NCBI GenBank assembly: GCA_965205025.1
Contig: CBDBFU010000028.1
Span: forward strand, 32,001 to 96,000
DNA: 64,000 nt
Direction: 5' to 3'
Source: Candidatus Poribacteria bacterium
GTDB taxonomy: Bacteria > Poribacteria > WGA-4E > WGA-3G
In this document: one piece after another, positions 1-10,917 of the stretch
How positions within the stretch are numbered: position 1 is the first letter of the stretch
How the letters are laid out: the number at the start of each line of letters is the position of its first letter
The notes under the pieces: model-generated
Seen by the model: only the letters and a program-made list of their open reading frames with translations
What the model was told of the DNA's origin: nothing
The model's database searches: none
Made by a program: the position numbers and the translations under genes

Positions 1-765
1 CTGCCTCGTCGTCCAGATAAATAACTTGTGGCTTATCTTCTGAAGGCGGATAGAGAAGGTTTCTGCCTGCTAAACTTGGAGAAGCATTGGCTGCGGTAAT
101 CCTATAATTGTCTGTTCCATCTGCGATAATAGTGCCTTGTGGTGTTTCAATGTGCGTTCCTTGAAGAAGAACGCCATTGGTGTCAACAATACCTGTGATT
201 TCAAGTAAGCGTGCTTCTCCTGTTGTACCGGAAAGCACACCGACCGCGAACATCACGTGTAAGGGAACTGTAGTCAGAGAGACGATCAGCATCCTTGGCA
301 CGGACGAGAAGCGATTGCCGAAACTTGATATGTCCCGATGTAAAGACAACGATTGGGTTGCCTGCCGCGTTTTGTGTCCGAGAATCAAGGATTGTGATTC
401 CACCGCCGATAATGTCATATTCAGGTTCGGTAGCTTTGAGCCAGATTCCTGGCCATTTCTGCGATGGCACTCCGAGTGAAGGATATACCGGCATCTTCCA
501 TCATTTCAAGGGCTGTTAATAGGTCTGCTTCATAACCTTGATGGGTGTTGAATCCATCAGCAGTTGGATCTTCGTTGGCACTGTAACTCACAGGTGCAAA
601 ATAGGCAAAGAAACCTACGTTGAGAACACGTTTACTGTCGGTACATGTTTGGTCCGTTGTTATTTTGTCATGGGTGATTACCTTCTGAATCTGTTGACAC
701 CCTAAGAACATAGGTGTGAGTATTAGAAAGAAGATTAAATATGTAAAAGATAGTGTGTATCGCAT
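1..765 (-). pseudogene. Amino-acid ABC-type substrate-binding lipoprotein (SBP family 3), two apparent +1 frameshifts, runs off the window
   Basis: ORFs 421..816 (lipobox-like FLGC, VGFFAYFAPVSY, GYEADLL) and 201..494 (WPGIW..YDIIGGGITI) join if one base is removed at ~457; removing another at ~244 gives VGVLSGTTGE and an open frame to position 1. Confidence 0.7.
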
Positions 766-864
766 GAAATCCTTTGATGTTTGTATTATTCCGTTACAAC
801 CGTGGTGGGAATACATTTTAATATGGATGCATTGCTGTGATCTTCTTTCTACTTTTGCTTATTT

Positions 865-1016
865 AACGTGAGTTTGATAAATCAGATATTAATACTCGAA
901 TCAACGGTATGAATGCTATTTAACATTCCCAGCGGTTAGGAAACCGCACCTACCGAGTCTATGGGAGTGATATTTTTGGATAATGTAGCTTATTTGCCTA
1001 TTATCAAACTCACGTT
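865..1016. repeat. MITE-like palindromic element with 16-bp perfect terminal inverted repeats, enclosing a family-B repeat and a REP-like hairpin
   Basis: AACGTGAGTTTGATAA (865-880) / TTATCAAACTCACGTT (1001-1016); interior GAATCAACGGTATGAATG..CATTCCC and GCGGTTAGGAAACCGCACCTACC. Confidence 0.75.
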
Positions 1017-1098
1017 TGTTTATATTTTCAGTTGGTGTAGTTGTCTTGTATCCGATTTATCATTTTCACATTACTTTTTTGTTGTGAGTTTCAACGCG

Positions 1099-1431
1099 TT
1101 ACGACACATTGGTATTCACATGGATGACTTGTCCGTGTTGTACGTCCCTGATGACTTGATTCACTTCCAGCATAACAGGTTGAATATCCTGTAGTTTATT
1201 GCTTCTGGCAGAGATGATAATGACACCGATAGCGTATTCGCTGATGTTATGTTGATATTCAATGCTCTTGTCCATTGTTACCAACACATCAAATGTTTCC
1301 GCGGCTTGCTCAAGGAGTTCGCCATTTCGCTTTCCTTTCCATCCTTGCCGATCTACAGTTGTCACGTGGCAATCGGGATCAAAATATCGGATCAATCGCC
1401 AGTTTAAGTTTTCGTCAAGTAGAACACGCAT
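1099..1431 (-). CDS. DUF5615 PIN-like toxin
   Basis: MRVLLDENL...GWKGKRNGELL...FDVLVTMDK motif; downstream of a DUF433 gene. Confidence 0.85.
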   Translation of the reverse strand: MRVLLDENLNWRLIRYFDPDCHVTTVDRQGWKGKRNGELLEQAAETFDVLVTMDKSIEYQHNISEYAIGVIIISARSNKLQDIQPVMLEVNQVIRDVQHGQVIHVNTNVS

Positions 1432-2000
1432 GTTGGATTGTCTTCCGATTTTATCGTGTTTAATGTCTCAAATACCGTTTCCAATGCGAACTCTAAAAAG
1501 GCGATTGCCTGCTCTCTCGACACAGAAGTGAACCCATCAAGAAAGTCATCAAGGCTTTCTCCTGCTTTTAGATGATCAATCAGCGACTTTATCGGCACAC
1601 GAGTGCCAATAAACACTGGCTCGCCGCCGTGAATGTTGGGATCTTGATTTATCATTGCTTTGTATAAACGAAATGCAGTCCACTCGGTCCCTAAATTTTT
1701 CCGAGAACATTCAGAACCGCTTTTGTAGAACCGACCTGGGGGACACACTTCTGACATAAGTGGAACATTAATCGCTTTAGATAACCTATCACATATATCT
1801 TCAATAACACTTCCATCCCGTTCTGTCCGCTCCATTTTTGGTTTTACTCGGATATATAGTTCATCATTTCTCACTCGCTCCAAAAAATCTTCTGATAATT
1901 TTTTAGACACCTGATCACTATATTCCAAGAATGGATAATCTTCTTTTAGAATACGCTCCAGTTCATTTACAACAAACTGGTTTTCGTGTAGTTTTTCCAT
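1404..2000 (-). CDS. DUF433 antitoxin domain with ~115-aa N-terminal extension
   Basis: C-terminal DPNIHGGEPVFIGTRVPI...GESLDDFLDGF..VSREQ is typical DUF433; overlaps the PIN gene. Confidence 0.75.
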   Translation of the reverse strand: MEKLHENQFVVNELERILKEDYPFLEYSDQVSKKLSEDFLERVRNDELYIRVKPKMERTERDGSVIEDICDRLSKAINVPLMSEVCPPGRFYKSGSECSRKNLGTEWTAFRLYKAMINQDPNIHGGEPVFIGTRVPIKSLIDHLKAGESLDDFLDGFTSVSREQAIAFLEFALETVFETLNTIKSEDNPTCVFYLTKT

Positions 2001-2177
2001 GATTATTCCTTCTGATATTCTGCTAAGTCAGAATAGTAGAAAAGTGGCTAAAAAATTGGATAGAGTTTAATAAACAGTTCTCTAATCCTTAACACAATTA
2101 GAGGATAATAACAATACACCAAAAAGTCAAGTAAATCACTACAGCTGAAATCCGTATGTTTTTAGGTTGTTTTGAGT

Positions 2178-2475
2178 TGTCTGAATCACAGATTACACGG
2201 ATTACGCGGATTACACGGAAAAGAGAGGTATTTATCAGTAAGATTTTCTTTCAATGCAGATACTAAGGCAGGGGAATCAACGGTATGAACGCCTTTTGGC
2301 TTCACCGAGTATGAATGCCATGAATCAACGGTATGAATGTCATAAGGCATTCCCCAGGAAACCGCACTTACCATGGGATGGAAAAGATCCTAATCCCCTC
2401 TCTACAGAAGAGTCGGGAATTGGAATTCCCTCCTACAGAAGAGAAGATCGAAAATCGGATTCCTATCCTACAGTT
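2178..2475. repeat. Cluster of intergenic repeats: family E (TGTCTGAATCAC-GATTACACGGATTACGCGGATTACACGG), family B (GGGGAATCAACGGTATGAA...ATTCCCC), REP-like halves ending CCTACAG
   Basis: Motifs read directly; related copies at 898, 7334, 7441, 12499, 16425, 20126, 21290, 37480. Confidence 0.65.
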
Positions 2476-2502
2476 AAAAATAGTGTGGACTGTTCATTAG
2501 AT

Positions 2503-3262
2503 TCAAATTGGAAATTGGTGATTGCCTGCAGTTAAGCCACCATCAATGACAAAGATGGCACCCGTTGCAAAACTTGATTCATCAGAGGCAAGGAATAGGG
2601 CTGCATTTGCTATGTCAAGAGGTTTTCCGATTCGACCTAACGGATACCAGGGTGTGATTTCGTCCAAGATCTTCGGATTGCGTTCTATCATGGGTTCCCA
2701 GACTTCTGTTTGTATAGTTCCGGGGCATATACAGTTTATCCTTATGTTATCTTTTCCGTGTGCGACTGCCATTGATCGTGTCAGTGAAATAACACCACCT
2801 TTTTGCTGCGGAATAGGCATGAATTCCTTGCAGTCCTATGAGTCCATTTACGGATGCGATATTCACAATGTTTCCACCACCTGCATGTTGCATAATCGGT
2901 ATAACAGCATTGCTACAATGACTTGTGCCTTGAAGAGCAACGGCTAAGTTTGCTTCCCAGTTGTTATTGAGGACATCGGCGGTGGAACAGATAGCGTTGT
3001 TTACGAGTATGTCTATTGTTCCGTAGGTTTCAACGGTTTTGTTAATAAGTGCTTCTGCTTGTGTGGAATTGGAGACATCTGCGTTGACAAATAGTGCTTC
3101 TCCACCAGTATCGGTGATTGTGGAAACCGTTTCTGTTCCGTTTGCATCGTTAACATCATCTACAACGATTTTTGCTCCTTCTTCAGCGAAACGGATTGCT
3201 ATTGCTTTTCCGATTCCGCGTCCAGCTCCTGTGACTATGGCTATTTTATTTTTTAATCGCAT
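2503..3262 (-). CDS. SDR family oxidoreductase (FabG-like), apparent +1 frameshift in a T5 run at 2800-2804
   Basis: TGAGRGIG, NNA, YSAAK in 2747..3262; continuation GGVISLTRSMA...NCICPG...DGG in 2503..2820. Confidence 0.85.
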
Positions 3263-3427
3263 AAGGTGATACCTGTTAATTTATGATTTTAAATGGAACG
3301 TAGTATTGAGAATTGATTTTATATTCTTTTCTGTATTATGTATGGTATAATTTTACAATTCTATCGGATGAGTTTACATTATCAAGGTTAGGAATGAGGC
3401 TATTTTCATCAATAAGTATATTTTAGA

Positions 3428-3530
3428 ATATAGACATTTCGTCCCTACGGGACTCCAAGAATATGCGTTCTGTTTTTCTATAGACATTCCGTCCCTACGG
3501 GACTTTAGAATACGGATACATACGTTTTCT
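3428..3530. repeat. Two tandem family-A REP-like units TATAGACATT(C/T)CGTCCCTACGGGACT
   Basis: Same unit as the array at 12324-12600; GTCCC-TAC-GGGAC hairpin. Confidence 0.8.
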
Positions 3531-3698
3531 TATAGTATATCTGATAAATCGCTTTTATGGGTTTTTTATTCTTGCCAAGTCCTATATATTCAATTAACGA
3601 ATGGGGAGATCTCGCCCCTAATTGGTGCGTATGTTTTGTATTGATAAAATTCACTATAGTTTTATTGCATTACCGTACAAGGCAAAATCACGGCAATT

Positions 3699-3899
3699 CT
3701 ATTGGACTCGCTGGATTAATTGAATGTTGTGTCGTAGTAATTCATTCACAAGTTCACCTACATCTTTACCCTTTACGTCCGCAAGATGTTGTATAAAATC
3801 CCCTACATCTTTTTCAAGGTAAATTGGTATTTGGAAAACCGCATCTTGATTATAGAATTTACCCCGTTCACCTTTTGAAAAAATGTATTCGTCTTTCAT
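3699..3899 (-). CDS. BrnA/CopG-like orphan antitoxin
   Basis: MKDEYIFSKGERGKFY...IPIYLEKDV motif; no toxin recognised upstream. Confidence 0.65.
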   Translation of the reverse strand: MKDEYIFSKGERGKFYNQDAVFQIPIYLEKDVGDFIQHLADVKGKDVGELVNELLRHNIQLIQRVQ

Positions 3900-3969
3900 A
3901 GTTGTATTTATTTACCATTTTTATAAATGACTATTCCATGAAGGATTGTTAAGCCTGCCTTGAAATAAT

Positions 3970-4105
3970 GCACAAACTGAATGAGGATTAAAATAATAAT
4001 TCGGTAATGTGTTAGAAATTCGGTTCGGTTAGGAAACCGAACCTACCAAGTTTGGGAAAATGGGAATTACCGAATTTAAAACTTAATCCTCATAAAGTTT
4101 GTGCT
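3970..4105. repeat. Long imperfect palindrome enclosing a REP-like hairpin
   Basis: Arms GCACAAACT..ATGAGGATTAA..AATTCGGTAAT / ATTACCGAATT..TTAATCCTCAT..AGTTTGTGC around GGTTCGGTTAGGAAACCGAACCTACC. Confidence 0.7.
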
Positions 4106-4143
4106 ACATTAAAGAGACAATTATTATCAGAAATGGTATGACA

Positions 4144-4905
4144 TTAATGTTGTAAGGTTTGTGATATAAACAACTTTGTCCGTTCATGTTTGGGGTTATC
4201 AAAGAATTCTGCTGGTGCAGCGTCTTCAATTATCATTCCCTCATCAAAGAACAGGATTCTATCAGCGACTTCACGAGCAAATCCCATCTCATGGGAAACA
4301 ACCAACATCGTCATTCCGGATTGTGCGAGTTCACGCATTACATCCAATACCTCCGAGATCATTTCAGGATCAAGTGCACTTGTAGGTTCATCAAAGAGCA
4401 TGATTTTAGGTTCCATAGCTAATGCTCTTGCGATGGCAACCCGTTGCTGTTGTCCACCTGAAATTTCTGATGGATATTTATTTGCTTGATCCTCAATATC
4501 CATTCTATCTAAGAGAGCCAATGCTTCTTTTTCAGCCTGATGTTTGGGTATTTTTCTAACTCGAATTGGTCCTAATGTAATATTCTGTAGGTTTGTCAAA
4601 TGTGGGAAGAGGTTGAATTGTTGGAAGACCATTCCGACTTCCTGACGGATGAGATTTATATTCCGTAGGTCATTGGTTAGCTCAATACCTTCGACGATAA
4701 TCCTGCCTTGTTGATGTTCTTCAAGTCGATTGATTGTCCGAATAAATGTGGATTTTCCGGAACCTGAGGGACCACATATTACCACCTTTTCACCAGTTTG
4801 GAAAGATGTGGTAATTCCCTTAAGGACATGAAAATCGTCGTACCATTTATGTATATCTTCACAGACAATAATTGGATCGTTTGCCATGTTTTCTTGATTA
4901 TCCAT
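4144..4905 (-). CDS. aapP: General L-amino acid ABC transporter ATP-binding subunit
   Basis: [26 protein letters not shown]; downstream of two permeases. Confidence 0.85.
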   Translation of the reverse strand: MDNQENMANDPIIVCEDIHKWYDDFHVLKGITTSFQTGEKVVICGPSGSGKSTFIRTINRLEEHQQGRIIVEGIELTNDLRNINLIRQEVGMVFQQFNLFPHLTNLQNITLGPIRVRKIPKHQAEKEALALLDRMDIEDQANKYPSEISGGQQQRVAIARALAMEPKIMLFDEPTSALDPEMISEVLDVMRELAQSGMTMLVVSHEMGFAREVADRILFFDEGMIIEDAAPAEFFDNPKHERTKLFISQTLQH

Positions 4906-4931
4906 TATAGTTTCCTTATGGAAATTAGGTG

Positions 4932-6113
4932 TTATGCATTTCCAACACCGAGTGAGGTTTCAACTTCCGTACTAACATAAGACATTGAATAACTAAAGAC
5001 AAAATAGATGACGGCGGCTAATAGATATACCTCCGCTTGTAGTCCTAACCATTCCCGATTTGCAGTAATACTTTTCGCTACCCCTAATAGGTCAATGAGT
5101 CCAATAATTGACACTAATGAGGTGTCCTTAAATAGTGATATGAATTGTCCAACAATCGCAGGAATTACGGAACGAAGTGCTTGTGGTAAGACGATAAAGA
5201 GCATTGTTTTGGGGTAGTTTAGACCTAATGCTTGTGCTGCTTCAGTTTGACCGCGCGGAATCGCCTGAAGTCCTCCACGGACATTCTCAGCCATATATGC
5301 AGCGGAGAAGAAGGTAATACCGATCATCATACGGATTACTTGGTCGATATTTATATCTGGCATAAAAATCGGAATTAGGACACTCCCCATGAATAGTATT
5401 GTAATCAACGGTACACCGCGTATCGTCTCAATATATGTGGTTGAAATCCATCGAACTGCGGGGAGTTTACTCTGACGACAGAGAGCTAAGAACACCCCAA
5501 GTGGGAAGGAGGCGATAATTCCAACTATTGCCAGTATAAGTGTTAGTAGCAGTCCACCCCAGTTGCTTGTGAGAACAGCATTTTCGCCGAACCCGCGAAG
5601 AACTATCATTGTAATGGGAAACGAGAGTATCCATCCTATAACTATCCAACGATACCAACTGCTTTTATTCAGTGTTAAAAAATAGAGGACGACGATTGCT
5701 AATACAATTCCCAGAAACCAACCACGGGTTGATAGTTGAAATGGTATAATCGCACATAATAACCAAACACTGCCAAGTATTATAGCAAACGTTCGAACTA
5801 TACCTCCCCATATACCCGCACTCATAGCTAAGAGAGCACTCAATAGATATATTACAGTCCAGACACGCCAAATTTGATCACGGGGGTAAGATCCGATTAG
5901 TATGAGTTGAAGGTTGGCAGGAATCACACTCCATTTTGCTTCTGTTAACGCCCAAGTTAATATCCCATAAACTACAAATAGTATAAATGCAATGGATGCC
6001 AGTGTGAGAATGACATTATACCAAGTATTAAATAGGTTTTCCCGTAGCCATTCCCGTGGACCTTTTACGTTTCTTGGGGGTTTGGGGGATTGTACCATTT
6101 CTTGTGATTCCAC
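4932..6113 (-). CDS. aapM: General L-amino acid ABC transporter permease
   Basis: [37 protein letters not shown]. Confidence 0.85.
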   Translation of the reverse strand: MESQEMVQSPKPPRNVKGPREWLRENLFNTWYNVILTLASIAFILFVVYGILTWALTEAKWSVIPANLQLILIGSYPRDQIWRVWTVIYLLSALLAMSAGIWGGIVRTFAIILGSVWLLCAIIPFQLSTRGWFLGIVLAIVVLYFLTLNKSSWYRWIVIGWILSFPITMIVLRGFGENAVLTSNWGGLLLTLILAIVGIIASFPLGVFLALCRQSKLPAVRWISTTYIETIRGVPLITILFMGSVLIPIFMPDINIDQVIRMMIGITFFSAAYMAENVRGGLQAIPRGQTEAAQALGLNYPKTMLFIVLPQALRSVIPAIVGQFISLFKDTSLVSIIGLIDLLGVAKSITANREWLGLQAEVYLLAAVIYFVFSYSMSYVSTEVETSLGVGNA

Positions 6114-6137
6114 GATGTTCTGTCCTTTAGTTTTGGT

Positions 6138-7307
6138 CTATGATCGTCCTTTACGGTTCACCCAACTATTATACCAATTCATTACTGCTGATGTGGTTAA
6201 GCTTATTGTTAGATAACTCACCATAACCATAGCGAAAACAGGGATGGATTGTCCAGTTTGTGACAATATGGTATTCCCAATAGCGAACATATCAGGAAAA
6301 CCCATTGCGACAGCCAAGCTTGAGTTTTTCACAAGGTTTAGGTATTGACTGGTGAGGGGAGGAATAATAATCGGAACTGCTTGTGGGAGTACAATTAAGC
6401 GTAAGGTCTGTGCTCCATTTAACCCAACTGCTCTTGATGCTTCGCGTTGTCCTTTTGAAACGGCTTGGATTCCACTTCTCACGATCTCTGCGATATATGC
6501 ACCTGTGTATGCTGAGAGACCTATTAACACTGCTGAAAACTCAGGCGTTAGACTTACGCCTCCACTGAAGTTGAAGACGCCGAGTATTGGAATTTCTGTT
6601 GTCAAAGGTTTTCCTGGTGTAAGAAACCATCCACAAATTGCAACGATAACAAATGCTGGGAGTGCCCATTTTGCTCGAAACCCGGGTAAGTCCAACTGTT
6701 TGAGTTGTCGCCATCGAACAATATATAGAATTGCTGCTATTATAAATCCTATACACAGAAAAGCAATCCAAGTTGAAAAACCTGAGGAGGGTTCAAGCGC
6801 GGGAAAATAGATACCCCGGTTATTGATGTAAATGGAATCAAAAAATGAAAAACTCTCTTCAACTAATGGTAATCTAAGTATGGCAGCGTACCAAAACAGT
6901 ATTTGGAGTAGGAGAGGTATATTACGAAAACATTCTACATAGATGGTTGCTATTTTGCGTACTAACCAGTTGCTGGATAATCGTGCTATACCAAAAAACA
7001 GTCCGAGTAGTGTTGCACAGACAACACCGATGAGACTTACACGGATTGTGTTCATGACACCAACCCAAAATGCTTTTAGGTATGTATCGGCTGGGTCATA
7101 ATCTATACCTTCAGATATAAGAAATCCTGCTTCATTCTCTATAAAACCCATGCTAAGTTCTAAATTGAGATTCTTTAACCCTCTCTGCATGTTGGTGTAG
7201 AGTAATGCTGCTAATAGGATGACACCGACGAGAAACAGAATTTGGAAAAGAATACGTAATACACGGATATCACGCCAGAATGGTATGTTTGATGGGTTTT
7301 GTGCCAT
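6138..7307 (-). CDS. aapQ: General L-amino acid ABC transporter permease
   Basis: FWRDIRV, RNIPLLLQILFWY, IAEIVRSGIQAVSKGQ, LTSQYLNLVKNSSLA. Confidence 0.85.
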   Translation of the reverse strand: MAQNPSNIPFWRDIRVLRILFQILFLVGVILLAALLYTNMQRGLKNLNLELSMGFIENEAGFLISEGIDYDPADTYLKAFWVGVMNTIRVSLIGVVCATLLGLFFGIARLSSNWLVRKIATIYVECFRNIPLLLQILFWYAAILRLPLVEESFSFFDSIYINNRGIYFPALEPSSGFSTWIAFLCIGFIIAAILYIVRWRQLKQLDLPGFRAKWALPAFVIVAICGWFLTPGKPLTTEIPILGVFNFSGGVSLTPEFSAVLIGLSAYTGAYIAEIVRSGIQAVSKGQREASRAVGLNGAQTLRLIVLPQAVPIIIPPLTSQYLNLVKNSSLAVAMGFPDMFAIGNTILSQTGQSIPVFAMVMVSYLTISLTTSAVMNWYNSWVNRKGRS

Positions 7308-7478
7308 TATAATTTTTGGTTTTTATTTATAGTTGTCTGAATCAGAAGGTGTATTTTATAAGATTATACCACATTTACACAAGAGATATACATAAAATCT
7401 TACTTATGGACGTGTTCTTAGTGTTGAATGTGAAATTTGTCGGGAATCGGAATCCACTTTTACAGAAGAGAAATACAT

Positions 7479-10457
7479 CTAATCCCTTGTTTGTAAGGTT
7501 GTGGACATTTGGTCACGATAGGCACCGTAGAGGAGTTTTTTGATGGATTCATTAATTTCTGGTTCAGAAAGTTTATTGTAGAGTTCTAATCTGTTATTCA
7601 CGAGTTCTAATAATATAACCTCGAAAACCTCATCAAACTTATATTTTTTGTTTTCTTCTGTATTGTTTCCTTCGAATACCTGTCGAAGTTCCTCGTTTTC
7701 ATTAACCTTTTGTTGTATGGTTTGAATATCCACCTTATCTTCATCGGTAAAATCTGTCTGATGTGCGTCGTTTAAGGACTTAATGAGATTTGATAGAAAT
7801 TCAAGTTCTGGTTCACTTATTGTTCCAACCCCACTGCTAATCCCGTCTACCTCGGTATCCTCCGGTTCAAGTGGAATTTGTAGACTCTCATACGTTCTTT
7901 GTATTCTTAATGAGTCTAAATCTACAGATGATAATAGATCTCCCAAGTCTTCTTGTTCACGTTTTGGGAGTTTCTTATTTAGACTATGTGCAAAGATATA
8001 CAGTTTTTCTAAATCTATATCGCTGTATGTAATCAGTTGTGTGATGTAAGCGTAAAGTCTGATATAACTTTGTAATGTGGAACGAAACTCCTCGCGCGCA
8101 TCTCTTTCCAATTCTTTCCATTTCTCAACGACAGGATCAAGAATCGGTTGAAACGCTTCCTTTTCCTGACTATCGTAAAAAATCTGACAGAATTCATTGA
8201 TAGTATGGTCATCATATAATTCAAAGCTTTCCAGCAGACTTTGTTTGTCATACAACAGATTCGGGTCTGTTTCTTCAGCAAGGGTAGTCATCTGATAGTA
8301 TTCCTGGAATGCTTTCTGCACACGATCAGGATCATTCACAAAATCAATAACTAATGTATCTGTCTTACCAGAGGCAACACGATTAAGCCTACTCAAGGTT
8401 TGGACACACTGGAGACCATCCAATTTCTTATCCACATACATGGTATGTAGCATGGGTTCATCGAATCCCGTTTGGAATTTATTGGCGACAATGAGAATTC
8501 GATATTGTGGACTTTTGAATGCATCGGCAATGGAAGTGTTTGGTGGTAAGTTGTTCATACTGTTTTCAGTGTATTCCACATCACTGTCGGTATCGTGAAT
8601 AGTGTCACTGAATGCTACCAGACATTCATAAGGTAATTGCATCTCTCGCATCTGCTTATCGAATTCAATTTTGTATTTGACGCAGTGAAGTCGTGACCGG
8701 GTTGCCAACATGGCGCGTCCCTTTCCACCAATTGTTTTTTCTGTCCGATCAGTAAAGTGTGTAAGAATAATACGTGTTTTTTCTTCAATACTGCGGGGTT
8801 GTAGGTCTACAAAGTTGGTGAGTGCGCGAAGTGTACGTGATTTTTCATACTCTTTATCTTCCTGCACACTTTTGATCAATTGGAAATATCTCTTATATGT
8901 GGTGTAGTTTTGTAGGACATCAAGGGTATAACCTTCACTGATACTTTGTCGCATTGAATAGAGGTGGAACGGGATGAATTTACCCTCATCGTCTTTATTT
9001 CCAAATAGTTCTAAGGTCTTATTCTTGGGTGTACCGGTAAACCCAAAATATGAGATATGCTCCTGCATTCTGCGTTGTTGCATCTGTTCAAGAATTTTCG
9101 CATCAATATCTGATGCTTCCTCTAAATCATCATCGTCGTCCTGATCTTCGTTCTGCATCCCTTGGGAGAGAGAAACTCTAAGATTCTTCGCAGATTCACC
9201 ACTTTGTGATGAGTGTGCTTCGTCTATAATTACAGCGAATGATTTGCTGTCGAGTTCACCTATTGTTTGAGCAATTACAGTGAACTTTTGGATTGTTGAG
9301 ACGATAATACTTTTTCCGGATTCAAGAAATTCTCTGAGTTGTGCGGAGTTTTTATCGACTGCATGGACAACACCGTCGACTTGTCCAACCTGTTTAATGG
9401 TGTCCTGCAGTTGTTTGTCCAGTAGTCGTCGGTCTGTTACGACAATAATCGAATCGAAAATGCGATTATTATCTGATGGGTTCTGGTATAGATGTGTGAG
9501 TAGGTGTGCTAACCATGCGATGGAGTTTGATTTTCCGCTTCCTGTTGTGTGTTGAATGAGGTATTTACCGCCAACACCATCTGTTATAACTGTCTGTTTC
9601 AATTTGCGAATTACATCCAGTTGATGGTATCGTGGGAAAATGAGTGTTTTCCGTTTTTCATCTCTCACCTCACCACTTCTCGGATCATAGACTTTTTCAG
9701 TGGTCTCCTGTTCATGGATAAAGTTTTGGATTAACTCCATCAGGTTATCGGGTTGTAGTATGTCTTCCCAGAGGTATGCAGTCTTGTGTCCGTTTGGATT
9801 CACGGGATTTTCAATACCTTTATTAAAGGGAAAGAATCTTGTATCTTGTCCTTTCAGGTGGGTTGTCATTGACACCTTCTCGTTCCCGACTGCAAAGTGT
9901 ACCAGACAGCGTTTGAATTGGAATAAGGTTTCTCTTGGATCTCGATCCGTCCGATACTGTTTTTCCGCATCAGTGAAAACTTGTCCAGTGAGACTGTTTT
10001 TTAGCTCCATTGTAACTAACGGTAGACCGTTGAGGAACAACACCATATCCAGTGTATTACCATTTTGCAGTGAATACCTTAACTGTCGAATTAACGAGAA
10101 TCGATTCTGACTGTATAGTTCTTGATGGGTTGGGTTCATCCCACTTGATGGAAGGAGGTAAGTTAGTTTAAAGTTACAACCCCTATCCTTAACGCCGTTC
10201 CGAAGGACATCCAATACACCACGTTGTTCAATTTGTTGGCTGATACGGACAAGGAGTTTCTGTGGTGTATCTTGTCCATATTGGCGTTCCAATTTCTGAT
10301 ATGTTTTGGACTGTGTATCCCGTATAAACTGTAGTATTTCAAGTGGCATTAGGCAGTGAGATTTGTCGTAACTGATAGGATCTGAAGATCTGTAACCTGA
10401 CCGATTCAGGTGTTTTTCTATGTGATCTTCAAAATTCTCTTCAGTATATGTCGGCAC
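7479..10457 (-). CDS. hsdR: Type I restriction enzyme R subunit
   Basis: D..LFLNGLPLVTMELKN nuclease motif, HTTGSGKS, DEAH, FTGTPK, FQTGFDEP; likely GTG start at 10457 with GAGG upstream. Confidence 0.92.
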   Translation of the reverse strand: MPTYTEENFEDHIEKHLNRSGYRSSDPISYDKSHCLMPLEILQFIRDTQSKTYQKLERQYGQDTPQKLLVRISQQIEQRGVLDVLRNGVKDRGCNFKLTYLLPSSGMNPTHQELYSQNRFSLIRQLRYSLQNGNTLDMVLFLNGLPLVTMELKNSLTGQVFTDAEKQYRTDRDPRETLFQFKRCLVHFAVGNEKVSMTTHLKGQDTRFFPFNKGIENPVNPNGHKTAYLWEDILQPDNLMELIQNFIHEQETTEKVYDPRSGEVRDEKRKTLIFPRYHQLDVIRKLKQTVITDGVGGKYLIQHTTGSGKSNSIAWLAHLLTHLYQNPSDNNRIFDSIIVVTDRRLLDKQLQDTIKQVGQVDGVVHAVDKNSAQLREFLESGKSIIVSTIQKFTVIAQTIGELDSKSFAVIIDEAHSSQSGESAKNLRVSLSQGMQNEDQDDDDDLEEASDIDAKILEQMQQRRMQEHISYFGFTGTPKNKTLELFGNKDDEGKFIPFHLYSMRQSISEGYTLDVLQNYTTYKRYFQLIKSVQEDKEYEKSRTLRALTNFVDLQPRSIEEKTRIILTHFTDRTEKTIGGKGRAMLATRSRLHCVKYKIEFDKQMREMQLPYECLVAFSDTIHDTDSDVEYTENSMNNLPPNTSIADAFKSPQYRILIVANKFQTGFDEPMLHTMYVDKKLDGLQCVQTLSRLNRVASGKTDTLVIDFVNDPDRVQKAFQEYYQMTTLAEETDPNLLYDKQSLLESFELYDDHTINEFCQIFYDSQEKEAFQPILDPVVEKWKELERDAREEFRSTLQSYIRLYAYITQLITYSDIDLEKLYIFAHSLNKKLPKREQEDLGDLLSSVDLDSLRIQRTYESLQIPLEPEDTEVDGISSGVGTISEPELEFLSNLIKSLNDAHQTDFTDEDKVDIQTIQQKVNENEELRQVFEGNNTEENKKYKFDEVFEVILLELVNNRLELYNKLSEPEINESIKKLLYGAYRDQMSTTLQTRD

Positions 10458-10541
10458 GGGTCTACACCTCGTCAAATAGATAAGGATTGTTCCTGGACCA
10501 CGGGGATCACGTGACTCCGAATCGTCACACTATCAATCATT

Positions 10542-10811
10542 TCAGGGAGAGTTTAAGCATAAATGCGTATCTATTTCATCTAAACTTTGCGCGTTCATCG
10601 CTTGCTCTAAGAGCATATCAAGGCGCGATAAGTTGTGGATATTGCTTATTTTGTGTGAGAGCGTTTCAGGCACGTTTTGAAATCGGAACTGCAAGAGTTT
10701 GAGGACCGCGTCTTGTTTACCTTCTGCTCTACCTTCTTCTCTGCCTTCTGCTTTACCTTCTTCTCTGAGAAATTCGGCTGTTGTCTGTGCCATCGTTTCT
10801 AACTCCTTCAA
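10542..10811 (-). CDS. Rpn/DUF4351-type C-terminal fragment (EGKAEGREEG repeat)
   Basis: MAQTTAEFLREEGKAEGREEGRAEG...LLQFRF..VP, typical tail of Rpn/YhgA-like proteins; nuclease domain absent. Confidence 0.6.
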   Translation of the reverse strand: MKELETMAQTTAEFLREEGKAEGREEGRAEGKQDAVLKLLQFRFQNVPETLSHKISNIHNLSRLDMLLEQAMNAQSLDEIDTHLCLNSP

Positions 10812-10917
10812 TAGTTGAAGAAAAACATTTTACAAAGTATAGCATAGAAATACCGAAAAAATCAACGCGATATGTATAGCAGTATCGCACGCCAAATCAG
10901 AAAACAAAAAATAGGAT

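Noticed and set aside
861-1020. Integron attC site (begins ATTTAAC)
   Set aside because: The other end is GTTTGTT rather than GTTRRRY, the arms pair perfectly without extrahelical bases, and no integrase is present.
2186-2535. ORFs 2186..2374 and 2254..2535 (and similar short ORFs at 12151, 21313, 22593, 29452, 37370, 39390)
   Set aside because: They overlie repeat clusters or are antisense shadows of real genes, with no recognisable protein motifs.
10542-10811. Active transposase for the RM island
   Set aside because: Only the low-complexity C-terminal tail of an Rpn-like protein is present, with no catalytic domain.
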